Assembly (NCBI GenBank): GCA_022706785.1
Contig: JAKJBW010000001.1
Span: forward strand, 12,373-76,372
From: Bacillota bacterium
Lineage (GTDB): Bacteria; Bacillota; Clostridia; UBA1381; UMGS1253
Direction: 5' to 3'
DNA length: 64,000 bases
Both the position numbers and the translations under genes were made by a program. The notes under the pieces were generated by a model that saw only the letters and a list, made by a program, of their open reading frames with translations, ran no database searches and was not told the origin of the DNA. The stretch's first letter is position 1; each line of letters opens with the position of its first letter. Positions 25,639-34,749 of the stretch are shown here, one piece after another.

Positions 25639-25700
25639 AGCGGCGGTTCGACCTATTTGCTATAGGAGGCAATCGCTCTATCCCGCTGAGCTACGGGTCA
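25639..25700 (-). pseudogene. Second disrupted tRNA-Arg(CCT)-like gene: 5' half plus a related stub
   Basis: TGACCCG-TA-GCTC-AGCGGGATA-GAGC-G-ATTGC-CTCCTAT, followed by AGCAAATAGGTCGAACCGCCGCT. The stub resembles the one at 25567-25585. Confidence 0.7.
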
Positions 25701-25717
25701 CAATACGCACGGTCTTC

Positions 25718-25746
25718 ATTTTACTGTATAAACTTTTTTTTGTCAA
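25718..25746 (-). promoter_or_regulatory. Sigma-A-type promoter of the ancestral tRNA locus
   Basis: On the minus strand, TTGACA (25746-25741), a 17-nt spacer, then TAAAAT (25723-25718), about 18 nt upstream of the pseudo-tRNA 5' end. Confidence 0.5.
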
Positions 25747-25885
25747 GTGCCATGCCGCATTATTTCGGTAATTCCGCGTCAATAACCGTGTGGCACGGGG
25801 CAAATGCAAATCAGGCTTCTCCACACCGTAAAGCAGTGCGCAAAAAGCGGGCACCGTTTTTGATTACTTGATTGAATCCAGACGT

Positions 25886-28336
25886 TTAACTATACAACGT
25901 GCGGTCTAATATCTCCTGCTGATGCCTTTTGGAAAGCTCTACAAATCTGGCTGTCCACCCGCCGACCCTGACCAGTATATGGGAATACTTTTCCGGCTCC
26001 TTCATGGCGTTTTCCAGGTCGCCCTTATTCAGCGTTGTCACCATCAGCTGGCATCCACCATTGTCAAAATAGGTGTCAATGAGGGATTTGAACTTGTCGT
26101 AATTGTCCGGCGCAAACATTTCGGACGAAACCTTTAAGTTGTGTACATAGCCCGAATTGAGCTGATCGCCCTTGGACATGGAATTGAGCAGTGCGGTAAT
26201 ACCGCTTTTGTCTCTGCCGGGCATAGGGCAGTTGCCAACCGCCATGGTCTCGCCGTATACCCTGCCGTCGGATGACGCCTTGGTGCTCTCCCCGTACCTG
26301 ACGCCGCCGGGATTTAAGTTGCAGTTTAGGAAGAAATGAAGCCCGACTTCCTTGGCCTTATTAAAACTGCTTTGGCATACATAATTGCTTACCTCGGTAT
26401 GCAGATCGTCAACCTCGCTGATGTCGTTGCCATATTTTGCGACGTTTAACATCATCTGATGCTCTTTCTCATAGCCTTCAAAATTGGCATCCAGGATTTC
26501 TACCATTTTTTGAAGCGTCATAACCTTCTTGTCGTATACCAGCGCTTTAATCGCATAAAGGCTGTCACAGGCGTTAGTCAGCCCAAAGGTTTCGATCTGG
26601 CCGCCAATATAGCGCGCGCCGCCGTCAAAAAGGGATTTGCCTCTGTCTATACAATCGTCGGTCAGCATGCTGAGGAACAAAAACGCCGCGTCTTCGGCTT
26701 CGATTTTTGTTTCAAGCGCATGTCTTTTGGCCAGTATGCCATGTGTGAAATCCACCTGCTTTTTAAACGCGTCAAGCAGCTTTTCAAAGGTATCGAAGCT
26801 GTCTAGTTCGCCCAGCGCAAGGCCCCTTTGCTCCCCTACCTCTGTATTGTAGCCGTTGTGCAGAATATAATCAAGCGCTGTAACGTAGTTGATGACACCG
26901 TTGGGCGAGCCTACGCTTTTGTGGTCGATCAGAATTTCTCCGCAGCCCTCGGGAATGTAATTTTCGGCTTCCTCCAGTGAAACATTGTATGCCTTGGATA
27001 CCCAGGGCACCAACACATCATCATTGTACAGCGTGGGATTAACGCAGCCCGCGCCGATGCACGCCATCGCTTTGTCCATCAGCACAGGATTCTGCCCTTC
27101 ATAAAAGCGCAGTGTGACCATAGGCTCCGCTACTTTTAGCGCCTTGGTGACCTCTAGCGCCGCGATGGCAAATTTGTCTGCATTGGCTTCATTTCTTCTT
27201 GCCTTACCGCCAAGGATAACTCTTGTGTTAAAACGGGAGCCGAAGTTTCCTTCGTATTTCAAATCGTCGATCATCCGCCACAGGGACTTTATGACCGCAT
27301 TGAGGCTTTCCTCAGTCTCGTTGCCGGAGTCAATATCCCCGGCGTACAAATCGCCCAGATAGATGTCCATTCTGCCGTAGTTTACCGCAGCCGTCAAAAG
27401 ATTGTACAGCCAGAAAAGCTGTATACCTTCCCTGAAAGTCGCAGGCTTTTGAATCTGGATTTTACGCAGCGTATCCGCCATGACCAAAAGCTCATGCTTT
27501 CTCTTTTCGTTTGTTTCGGCTGCCGCCTTGTCTGCACACTCATTCTCATAGTGCTTGCATGTGCTGACCAGCACGTCAAGCGCCATCAGCATACCTTCAT
27601 ACAAACCGGTTTGCCCGCCCGCTTTGACCGCTGCTTCTTTTTTATCTGAAATCAAGGCCTTCATCCCCGGGATACCCAAACGGATGAGCTTGTCAAAATC
27701 AACCGAGATGCAGCATACGCGCACGAAGCCTAAGGCATACTGGCAAACCTGGCTTACCCTGCCAAGGTTTTTGCGCACTTCTTCGGGCAGCTCCTTCAAA
27801 AATTTGAACAGTGTGCTCTCGTCATACCAAAACCGGATGATCCCGGCTATCTCCTCTTTTTCCTGCGCACTGATAAACGGTGCGTCAAGCAGGTTTTTCA
27901 AGCCCGAATAATTGTATGAGAAAGCGCCGGAGGATACGCCAAGCCTAGCCCTCAGCTCTTTTTCCCCGTCTGTGAGCAGATGGTCCGGCTTGTTATCAAG
28001 GCGGAGTATTTCTATGTCTGAATTAAGGGCTGCAGCCTCAAGGCTAAAAGACACCAAATACTCGTAATAGGCACGGCCGGCTATCAGGTCATAATCCGTT
28101 ATCTCTTTACATACGGCTGGATACTGCTCGCCCAGGCAAGCCGCTTCCCTTATGGCAACGTGATCGCCCTGGTGCTGCTTGTATGCCCCTGTAAATCTTT
28201 TGGCAATATCTATTTTCTTTCTTAAAATTGCCCTTTGCCCCTCATCATCCCATGCGCCTTTAGACAGAGAATCCATGAAAAAAACATCCGCGCCGCGCGC
28301 TTCTGCTGCCTGCTTTCGTTGACTAATCACATTCAT
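25886..28336 (-). CDS. Glycyl-radical enzyme of the PFL-like / GCxE (dehydratase/lyase) class
   Basis: 816 aa. C-terminal glycyl-radical fingerprint ILVRVGGWTARF and a thiyl-loop-like PEGCGEI. Confidence 0.85.
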   Translation of the reverse strand: MNVISQRKQAAEARGADVFFMDSLSKGAWDDEGQRAILRKKIDIAKRFTGAYKQHQGDHVAIREAACLGEQYPAVCKEITDYDLIAGRAYYEYLVSFSLEAAALNSDIEILRLDNKPDHLLTDGEKELRARLGVSSGAFSYNYSGLKNLLDAPFISAQEKEEIAGIIRFWYDESTLFKFLKELPEEVRKNLGRVSQVCQYALGFVRVCCISVDFDKLIRLGIPGMKALISDKKEAAVKAGGQTGLYEGMLMALDVLVSTCKHYENECADKAAAETNEKRKHELLVMADTLRKIQIQKPATFREGIQLFWLYNLLTAAVNYGRMDIYLGDLYAGDIDSGNETEESLNAVIKSLWRMIDDLKYEGNFGSRFNTRVILGGKARRNEANADKFAIAALEVTKALKVAEPMVTLRFYEGQNPVLMDKAMACIGAGCVNPTLYNDDVLVPWVSKAYNVSLEEAENYIPEGCGEILIDHKSVGSPNGVINYVTALDYILHNGYNTEVGEQRGLALGELDSFDTFEKLLDAFKKQVDFTHGILAKRHALETKIEAEDAAFLFLSMLTDDCIDRGKSLFDGGARYIGGQIETFGLTNACDSLYAIKALVYDKKVMTLQKMVEILDANFEGYEKEHQMMLNVAKYGNDISEVDDLHTEVSNYVCQSSFNKAKEVGLHFFLNCNLNPGGVRYGESTKASSDGRVYGETMAVGNCPMPGRDKSGITALLNSMSKGDQLNSGYVHNLKVSSEMFAPDNYDKFKSLIDTYFDNGGCQLMVTTLNKGDLENAMKEPEKYSHILVRVGGWTARFVELSKRHQQEILDRTLYS

Positions 28337-28528
28337 ACCGACACCCCCAAATATATTTATCCCTCATTACAATTTGATTATATATCTATTCCATTGACAT
28401 GTCAAGTTTCGCCGGCCACTTTAGGGCTTAAAATATCAACTAAATTTTAATTACACTGCCGCACAGGTATTGTGTATAAATGCGGGTCGGAAAAATTGTT
28501 GGGATGATTGATTTTTGACATCAGGTAT

Positions 28529-30217
28529 TTAATCGCCGGCAGAAACGCCCAATTTGCCAAATAAGGCATCAAAATTTTCGCCCGAGCTTCCGCCATACAC
28601 TTTCCATACCCTGATAAACTCTTTCATCCAATCCGGATCGCAAAACACATCCTCCAGCGCAATGCCGCTCAGCTCTGGCCTGGCTAATGCGTATTGGATT
28701 TCCTTTAGAAATTGTTCGCCGCGCGCCCCGGGCTCCCTCTCGTCGAACTTCTGCATATGATACAAGCACCAAAGCGGAAATTTCGAGTTGACAAAAGGCT
28801 CGTATTCGCCGCAATCCATCTCGATAAATGCATCATTTTGGATCAGCCCTTCCGGGCCGCATTGCCTTTCGTATGAGATCGCCTTATCTTTCAGCTCACG
28901 GTAAGCTTCCTTTGGATAATCCCCCGCACTGATAAGATCTCTTAGCTCCGACGGGTCGGCTGCCATGTCATAAAGCTCTTCGGTACCCTTGTGATAGTAA
29001 TAGACATATTTATACCGCTTATTTCTGCTCATGACCCATCGCCCGCCAAAGCCGGACGGCGTGCCGCATCCGGCCCCGCCTGCTCCCGTTGCCGATGTCT
29101 GATATGAACGGTCTTTTCCGCCGGAAGAGCGGTACAGCGACTCACCCTGCAGATTGCCATGCCCTTCAGGATATTTGAGGCCGCACACGTCAAGACAGGT
29201 AGGGAATATGTCGAATAAATCAACAAAATCCTCGCATACCTCTCCGGCCTTTTCATTATTCGGATAATGAATAAGCATCGGAATGCGTACAGAACCCTCA
29301 TAGGGAAGCTCCTTGCTGTAAAATCCTTTGTCCTGAAGCATTTCACCATGGTCAGAAGTGAATATAATCAATGTCTGATCCATCAGAGCTGATGTTTCAA
29401 GATAATCTATTATTCTGCCGATCTGCCGATCTATCATGGTAACGGATGCAAAATATGCTTCCCGTATTTTACGCTTATGCTGCTCGGAATCATTATCGCC
29501 ATACCACGCGCACTCCTCGCTTACAAAAGGATATTTTCTGGAGCGCGGTATGGCATCCGGAATATCCGCTTGACTGTATAGGTCCTCAAACGCATCCGGC
29601 AAGCTCCAAGGGGGATGCGGCTGGATGAAGCCGGTCATCAGAAAAAACGGATTTTGCCCATTTGACTGTAGCCAGTCTATAGTTTTATCGCCCACCCAAG
29701 TGGTTCCATGGTGCGCCTGATCCATTTGCGCCCTCTGCGGGATGTGGTAGACATGGGGGCGCACGCCATGAATGTTTTGCACATGCCCAAGTCCTGCTTC
29801 GGCAAGATGACAGAGGTACTGGTCGTCCTGCCTGTGGATCGGCAGCTCCTCCATCAAAAACATTTCTCCAAAGCCGTGATGCTCACGCGCAGGGCAGAAA
29901 TGCATTTTCCCCACAGCCGCCGTACGGTAGCCGTTTTCAGAAAAAACCCTTGGGATTGTCGGCAAGCTGTGATCTTTTATCGACATTCTTCTGTTAACAT
30001 AATATCCATGCGCCCTGCCCGGCCGCCCTGTAAGCAAATCGTGTCTTGCAGGCATACATACCGGATTGGTGGAATGCGCATACATGTAGCTACAGCTTTT
30101 TTTGACCAGCCGATCCAGGTTGGGGGTGATCATATGGGCGTAGCCCAGAGCGCTTATGGTGTCATAGCGCTGCTGATCTGTCAAAATAATCAAAACATTC
30201 GGTTTGTCCATAATCAA
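28529..30217 (-). CDS. Cys-type (formylglycine) sulfatase
   Basis: N-terminus PNVLIILTDQQRYD, CxPxR signature CMPARHDLLTGR, and FTSDHGE. Confidence 0.85.
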   Translation of the reverse strand: MIMDKPNVLIILTDQQRYDTISALGYAHMITPNLDRLVKKSCSYMYAHSTNPVCMPARHDLLTGRPGRAHGYYVNRRMSIKDHSLPTIPRVFSENGYRTAAVGKMHFCPAREHHGFGEMFLMEELPIHRQDDQYLCHLAEAGLGHVQNIHGVRPHVYHIPQRAQMDQAHHGTTWVGDKTIDWLQSNGQNPFFLMTGFIQPHPPWSLPDAFEDLYSQADIPDAIPRSRKYPFVSEECAWYGDNDSEQHKRKIREAYFASVTMIDRQIGRIIDYLETSALMDQTLIIFTSDHGEMLQDKGFYSKELPYEGSVRIPMLIHYPNNEKAGEVCEDFVDLFDIFPTCLDVCGLKYPEGHGNLQGESLYRSSGGKDRSYQTSATGAGGAGCGTPSGFGGRWVMSRNKRYKYVYYYHKGTEELYDMAADPSELRDLISAGDYPKEAYRELKDKAISYERQCGPEGLIQNDAFIEMDCGEYEPFVNSKFPLWCLYHMQKFDEREPGARGEQFLKEIQYALARPELSGIALEDVFCDPDWMKEFIRVWKVYGGSSGENFDALFGKLGVSAGD

Positions 30218-30303
30218 TCAACCTTTCAGTTCAAATAGTTTTGCTTGAAATTGCTCTGATGCACCAAAAAACAAACATTAGTCGCAGTGCAGTTACAAAG
30301 CTT

Positions 30304-31152
30304 TCAGCGCGTCCATCCTGCATAGGTAAAGTATTTTCCGCCAAAAGCTGCCGCGGCGGCCTTTGCGGCGGCGTAATCGTCAAACAGCGCAAAAACCGAC
30401 GGCCCGCTCCCGCTCATCACAGTGCCCAGGGCACCTTTCGCAAGTAAGTGACTCTTTATCATCCCGATCACAGGATGCATCACCGCTGTGACCGACTCCA
30501 TCACATTAAACATGGCCGCCGCAACGCAGGCCGTATCCGCCCGCGCAAGCGCGTCGGCCACGGCCTGCGTGCCGGGGTGCGCCGCCTTTTGCTCCTGATC
30601 CAACGCGGCGTAAACCTGGGCGGTGGAAACGCGGATATCCGGCTTAACAACCACGATAGGCGTGCGCGGCAGATCCGGCAGCGGCGTGAGCAGCTCGCCT
30701 ATGCCCTCGGCAAGCATGGTGCCGCCGCTGGTACAATACGGCACATCGGCGCCCACCGCCTTTCCCAGCCGCAGCAAAACCTCCTGCGAAAGCTTCGCGT
30801 CAAAAAGCTGGTTTAAACCGCTGAGCACAGCGGCGGCGTTGCCGCTGCCCCCCGCAAGCCCAGCCGCGACAGGTATGCGCTTGACAATGTCAATATCCGC
30901 TCCGCCGTCTATGCCCGTTTCATCAAAAAAAAGCATAGCCGCTTTAACGGCGGTGTTGCGTTCGTCGCAGGGAAGATAGTCCAAATTTGTGCGCAGTGTG
31001 ATCCCCTTCGCCCTTTTGGCCAGCAGCAGCGTGTCGCACAGGCCGCATTGCGCCATCACCATGCGCACATTGTGGTACCCGTCCGGCCTTTGGCCCAGCA
31101 CATCCAGCGTGAGGTTGATCTTTGCATAGGAATTGATGGTAAATCTGTTCAT
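30304..31152 (-). CDS. ispE: 4-diphosphocytidyl-2-C-methyl-D-erythritol kinase
   Basis: YAKINLTLDVLGQRPDGYH and the GHMP motif PVAAGLAGGSGNAAA. Confidence 0.9.
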   Translation of the reverse strand: MNRFTINSYAKINLTLDVLGQRPDGYHNVRMVMAQCGLCDTLLLAKRAKGITLRTNLDYLPCDERNTAVKAAMLFFDETGIDGGADIDIVKRIPVAAGLAGGSGNAAAVLSGLNQLFDAKLSQEVLLRLGKAVGADVPYCTSGGTMLAEGIGELLTPLPDLPRTPIVVVKPDIRVSTAQVYAALDQEQKAAHPGTQAVADALARADTACVAAAMFNVMESVTAVMHPVIGMIKSHLLAKGALGTVMSGSGPSVFALFDDYAAAKAAAAAFGGKYFTYAGWTR

Positions 31153-31465
31153 AAACAGCTCCCCGAAAATAGAGTGCGCCGCCCCAAAAGCCTTTGCAGG
31201 AACCGCTTTTGCGCTTTTCCGACACTTTAGTCATAATACCACAAAAAAAATATCGTGTAAATATTGATTTTTCGGACGATATCTGCTATAATTCCTTTTG
31301 TTGAGCTCAAAAACTCACAGTCACGCCGGTTTTTAAGGTATCCTGCCGCACAGCAGGCACCGGGGCAGTCTACCGGTAATGAGCGGCCTGCCGCGGCGCG
31401 TGGCGGCCTTGGGCGGTTTCATGACAGACAATACCATAAAGGCGCGTGTTTGCCCTCTCATATAT

Positions 31466-31541
31466 GCTGGTGTAGCTCAGTCGGTAGAGCAGCTCATTCG
31501 TAATGAGCAGGTCGCGGGTTCGAGTCCCATCACCAGCTCCA
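31466..31541 (+). tRNA. tRNA-Thr(CGT)
   Basis: GCTGGTG-TA-GCTC-AGTCGGTA-GAGC-A-GCTCA-TTCGTAA-TGAGC-AGGTC-GCGGG-TTCGAGT-CCCAT-CACCAGC-T-CCA, with one T-stem mismatch. Confidence 0.85.
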
Positions 31542-31670
31542 CAATGGATGCTCCACGCATGGCGTGGGGTATTTTATTTGGCAGTCTGTACGGGCCTGCG
31601 CCTGTTTGTGGCGCGCCATAGGCCAAGGATGGTATGGCAGTATCGCAAGATAAAAAGGAGGCGTCGAAAA

Positions 31671-33614
31671 ATGAGCATACAAACGCTTGTGGCGTTATCA
31701 AACACGTTCGGCTCAGATGAAAATTTTGTGCTGGCGGGAGGGGGCAATACCTCCTTTAAGGACGAGCAGTATCTTTACATAAAGGGGTCGGGCACCGGCC
31801 TTGCGCACATCACGGCGGACGGCTTTGTGAAAATGAACCGGAAAAAGCTTGACGATATTTTGTGCAAGGATTATCCGTCAGAGGCAAAGGCGCGGGAAGC
31901 CGCCGTCCTTGCCGACCTCATGGCGTCGCGCGAAATGGGAGAGGAACACAAACGCCCCAGCGTTGAAACCCTGCTGCACAATATTCTGCCCTTTTCCTAT
32001 GTGGTGCATTTGCACCCCGCGCTGGTAAACGGCCTGACCTGCTCGGCGCAGGGCGAAAAGGCCGTCAGGGCGATTTTCGGCGATTCGTTTATATGGATCG
32101 AAAACACCGAGCCCGGCTATGTGCTCTCCAAAAAGGTTTATGACGCATACAATGCCTACAAAGCCAAAAACGGTTCGGATGCGCAAATGGTGTTTTTGCA
32201 GAATCACGGCGTGTTTACCGCGGCAAACACCGCCGGAGAAGTGCATCAGCTTTACAGCGATATCATGGGCAGGCTTGAGGTGGCGTTAGCCGAAAGGCCC
32301 GATTTTTCAGATACGGCGTTTGACCGCGAGCTGGCTGTGGCGCTTGCGCCGGCGCTTCGTATGCTGACTATGGAGCAAACCGGCGTTACGACGTTTTTTA
32401 CAAACAAAACGCTTGCGTCTTTCCTGCAAAGCCGCGAAAGCTTTGCGCCGGTGTCGGGCGCGTTTACGCCGGATCATATCGTATACTGCGGCGCGCAGCC
32501 GCTCTTTATTGAGGATGTGGGCAACGCTGAAAAGGACATAGCGGAATACAAGAGCCGCTTCGGCCGCGCACCGCGCATTATCACGGTTGCAGACTTAGGC
32601 GTATACGCGTGCGGTGCTACTAAAAAAGACGCCGATACCGCAAAACAGCTGTTTTTGGATGCCGTAAAGATCGCCGTCTACACCAAGTCCTTCGGTGGCC
32701 ACAGCTTTATGCCGCAAACGCTGGTGGATTTCATCACGAGCTGGGAGGCGGAGAGCTACCGGAAAAGCGTGGGCACGGCAAGCGGCAGTATGCGTGCGCA
32801 GGGCAAAACAGCCATTGTGACAGGAAGCGCGCAAGGCTTCGGGCAGGGCATTGCCGAGGCGCTCATCGCAAACGGCGCCAATGTCATAATTGCCGACCTA
32901 AACGGCGAGCTGGCAGGCAAAAACGCCGCCGCCTTATGTGAAAAATATGGCGCGGAACGGGCACTGGCCGTGCAGGCGGATGTGACGAACTCGGATTCTG
33001 TGAAAAACATGGTGGACAGCACGGTTTTAGCATTCGGCGGGATAGACGTTTTGGTCAACAACGCCGGCATCGTGCGTGCGGGCGGCGTGGACGAGCTTGA
33101 CGACGCCCAGTTTGATCTTGTGGTGAACGTCAACTACACCGCTTATTTCTACTGTGTGAAGCATGTGGCAAAAATCATGAAAATCCAGCATCAGTATAAG
33201 CCGGATTATTTTATGGATATCATCCAGATCAATTCAAAGTCGGGGCTGACCGGCAGCCTCAAAAACTTTGCCTACGCCGGCAGCAAGTTTGGCGGCATCG
33301 GCCTTACCCAAAGCTTTGCTCTGGAATTTGCCGAGTTTAACATCAAGGTCAATGCCATATGCCCCGGCAATTTCTATGACGGCCCGCTGTGGTCGGACCC
33401 GGAGCGCGGCCTGTTCGTGCAGTATTTGAATGCGGGCAAGGTGCCCGGGGCCAAAACGGTGGCGGATGTCAGACGGTTTTATGAGCAGAAAGCACCCCTA
33501 AAGCGCGGCTGCACCACGCCCGATGTGGCCAAGGCGATATTTTACTGCCTGGAGCAGGAATACGAAACAGGGCAGGCTATACCGGTCACCGGCGGCCAAG
33601 TCATGCTGAGTTAA
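31671..33614 (+). CDS. Bifunctional class II aldolase/adducin-domain plus short-chain dehydrogenase protein
   Basis: AAAGGAGG precedes the ATG at 31671. The C-terminal SDR has TGSAQGFGQGIA and YAGSK. The N-terminal ~400 aa are aldolase-like. The upstream part of the listed ORF overlaps tRNA-Thr. Confidence 0.8.
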   Translation: MSIQTLVALSNTFGSDENFVLAGGGNTSFKDEQYLYIKGSGTGLAHITADGFVKMNRKKLDDILCKDYPSEAKAREAAVLADLMASREMGEEHKRPSVETLLHNILPFSYVVHLHPALVNGLTCSAQGEKAVRAIFGDSFIWIENTEPGYVLSKKVYDAYNAYKAKNGSDAQMVFLQNHGVFTAANTAGEVHQLYSDIMGRLEVALAERPDFSDTAFDRELAVALAPALRMLTMEQTGVTTFFTNKTLASFLQSRESFAPVSGAFTPDHIVYCGAQPLFIEDVGNAEKDIAEYKSRFGRAPRIITVADLGVYACGATKKDADTAKQLFLDAVKIAVYTKSFGGHSFMPQTLVDFITSWEAESYRKSVGTASGSMRAQGKTAIVTGSAQGFGQGIAEALIANGANVIIADLNGELAGKNAAALCEKYGAERALAVQADVTNSDSVKNMVDSTVLAFGGIDVLVNNAGIVRAGGVDELDDAQFDLVVNVNYTAYFYCVKHVAKIMKIQHQYKPDYFMDIIQINSKSGLTGSLKNFAYAGSKFGGIGLTQSFALEFAEFNIKVNAICPGNFYDGPLWSDPERGLFVQYLNAGKVPGAKTVADVRRFYEQKAPLKRGCTTPDVAKAIFYCLEQEYETGQAIPVTGGQVMLS

Positions 33615-33627
33615 AAAGGAGAAAACC

Positions 33628-34749
33628 ATGGATATTTTAAACAGCGGCAGTATGGAAGAAAGGCTCAGGGCGCTCAGGGCGCTTATGGCGGACGCGCCCA
33701 AGCGCGAGCCGAGCGGAAACGTCAACAACCATATCCACACCTTTTACTCCTTCTCGCCCTACTCCCCCACCAAGGCTGTATACATGGCGTGCACCGCGGG
33801 GCTGGATACCGCGGGGATCATGGATCACGACAGTGTCGCCGGGTGCGCAGAGTTTATACAGGCAGGAAAAATAGCAAACCTTGCCACCACCATAGGCGCG
33901 GAGTGCCGCGTGAGCATGGCGGGCACACGCCTGGAGGGAAGACGGATCAACAACCCCGACCAGCGCTCTGTTGCGTATGTAGCGCTGCACGCCCTGCCGC
34001 ACAGAAACATCGACGCGGCGGCGGAATTTTTCAGGCCATACACCGCAAAGCGCAACGAAAGAAACCGGGCCATGACGGCAAGGCTGTCGGAGGTTACAGG
34101 CGTTGCCATGGATTTTGACGCGGACATCGTTCCCTTGTCCAAGTCCGGTGAGGGCGGCAGCATCACAGAGCGGCATATCCTTTTTGCGTTGGCAAAAAAG
34201 GTAATCGCACGCGGCGATGTGCTTGGGTTTTTAAAGGATATGGGCATTGCGCCTTCGAAAAAGGCGGAGGATTTTGTCAATGATGCGCAAAATCCGCATA
34301 GAGAATATGATCTTTTGGGCGTGCTAAAAGGCGCCTTGGTGAGCAAATTTTACATAGACGCAGACGAGGAATGCCCGCATGTCAGCGAATTTATTGATTT
34401 TTCAAACCGCGTGGGCGCCATTTCGGCCTACGCATACTTAGGCGATGTGACCGATTCGGTGACGGGCGACAAAAAGGCCGAAAAGTTCGAGGACGACTAC
34501 CTTGACCTTTTGTTTGAGGAGATCACAGCCCTTGGATTTAAGGCGGTGACCTACATGCCCGCCAGAAACACCTTAGAGCAGCTTTTGCGGGTCAAGGACC
34601 TTTGCAAAAAGCACAGCCTGATGGAGATATCGGGCGAGGATATCAACTCGCCAAGGCAGCAGTTTATTTGCGAAGCGCTTAAAAATCCCGTCTTCAAAAA
34701 TCTTGCGGATTCGGCCTGGGCGCTGATCCGGCATGAAAACGAAAATTAG
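33628..34749 (+). CDS. PHP (polymerase/histidinol-phosphatase) domain protein
   Basis: NNHIHTFYSFSPYSP..GLDTAGIMDHDS, a typical PHP metal-binding N-terminus. 13 nt after the upstream gene. Confidence 0.7.
   Translation: MDILNSGSMEERLRALRALMADAPKREPSGNVNNHIHTFYSFSPYSPTKAVYMACTAGLDTAGIMDHDSVAGCAEFIQAGKIANLATTIGAECRVSMAGTRLEGRRINNPDQRSVAYVALHALPHRNIDAAAEFFRPYTAKRNERNRAMTARLSEVTGVAMDFDADIVPLSKSGEGGSITERHILFALAKKVIARGDVLGFLKDMGIAPSKKAEDFVNDAQNPHREYDLLGVLKGALVSKFYIDADEECPHVSEFIDFSNRVGAISAYAYLGDVTDSVTGDKKAEKFEDDYLDLLFEEITALGFKAVTYMPARNTLEQLLRVKDLCKKHSLMEISGEDINSPRQQFICEALKNPVFKNLADSAWALIRHENEN

Noticed and set aside
25508-25771. 87-aa plus-strand ORF
   Set aside because: It runs straight across the intact tRNA-Arg, two pseudo-tRNAs and the tRNA promoter. 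The protein is low-complexity and has no SD.
31264-31701. Small ORFs (79, 80 and 74 aa) and the first 56 codons of the 703-aa ORF
   Set aside because: They overlap tRNA-Thr(CGT) and its flanks. The aldolase/SDR gene has a clear SD and ATG at 31671.
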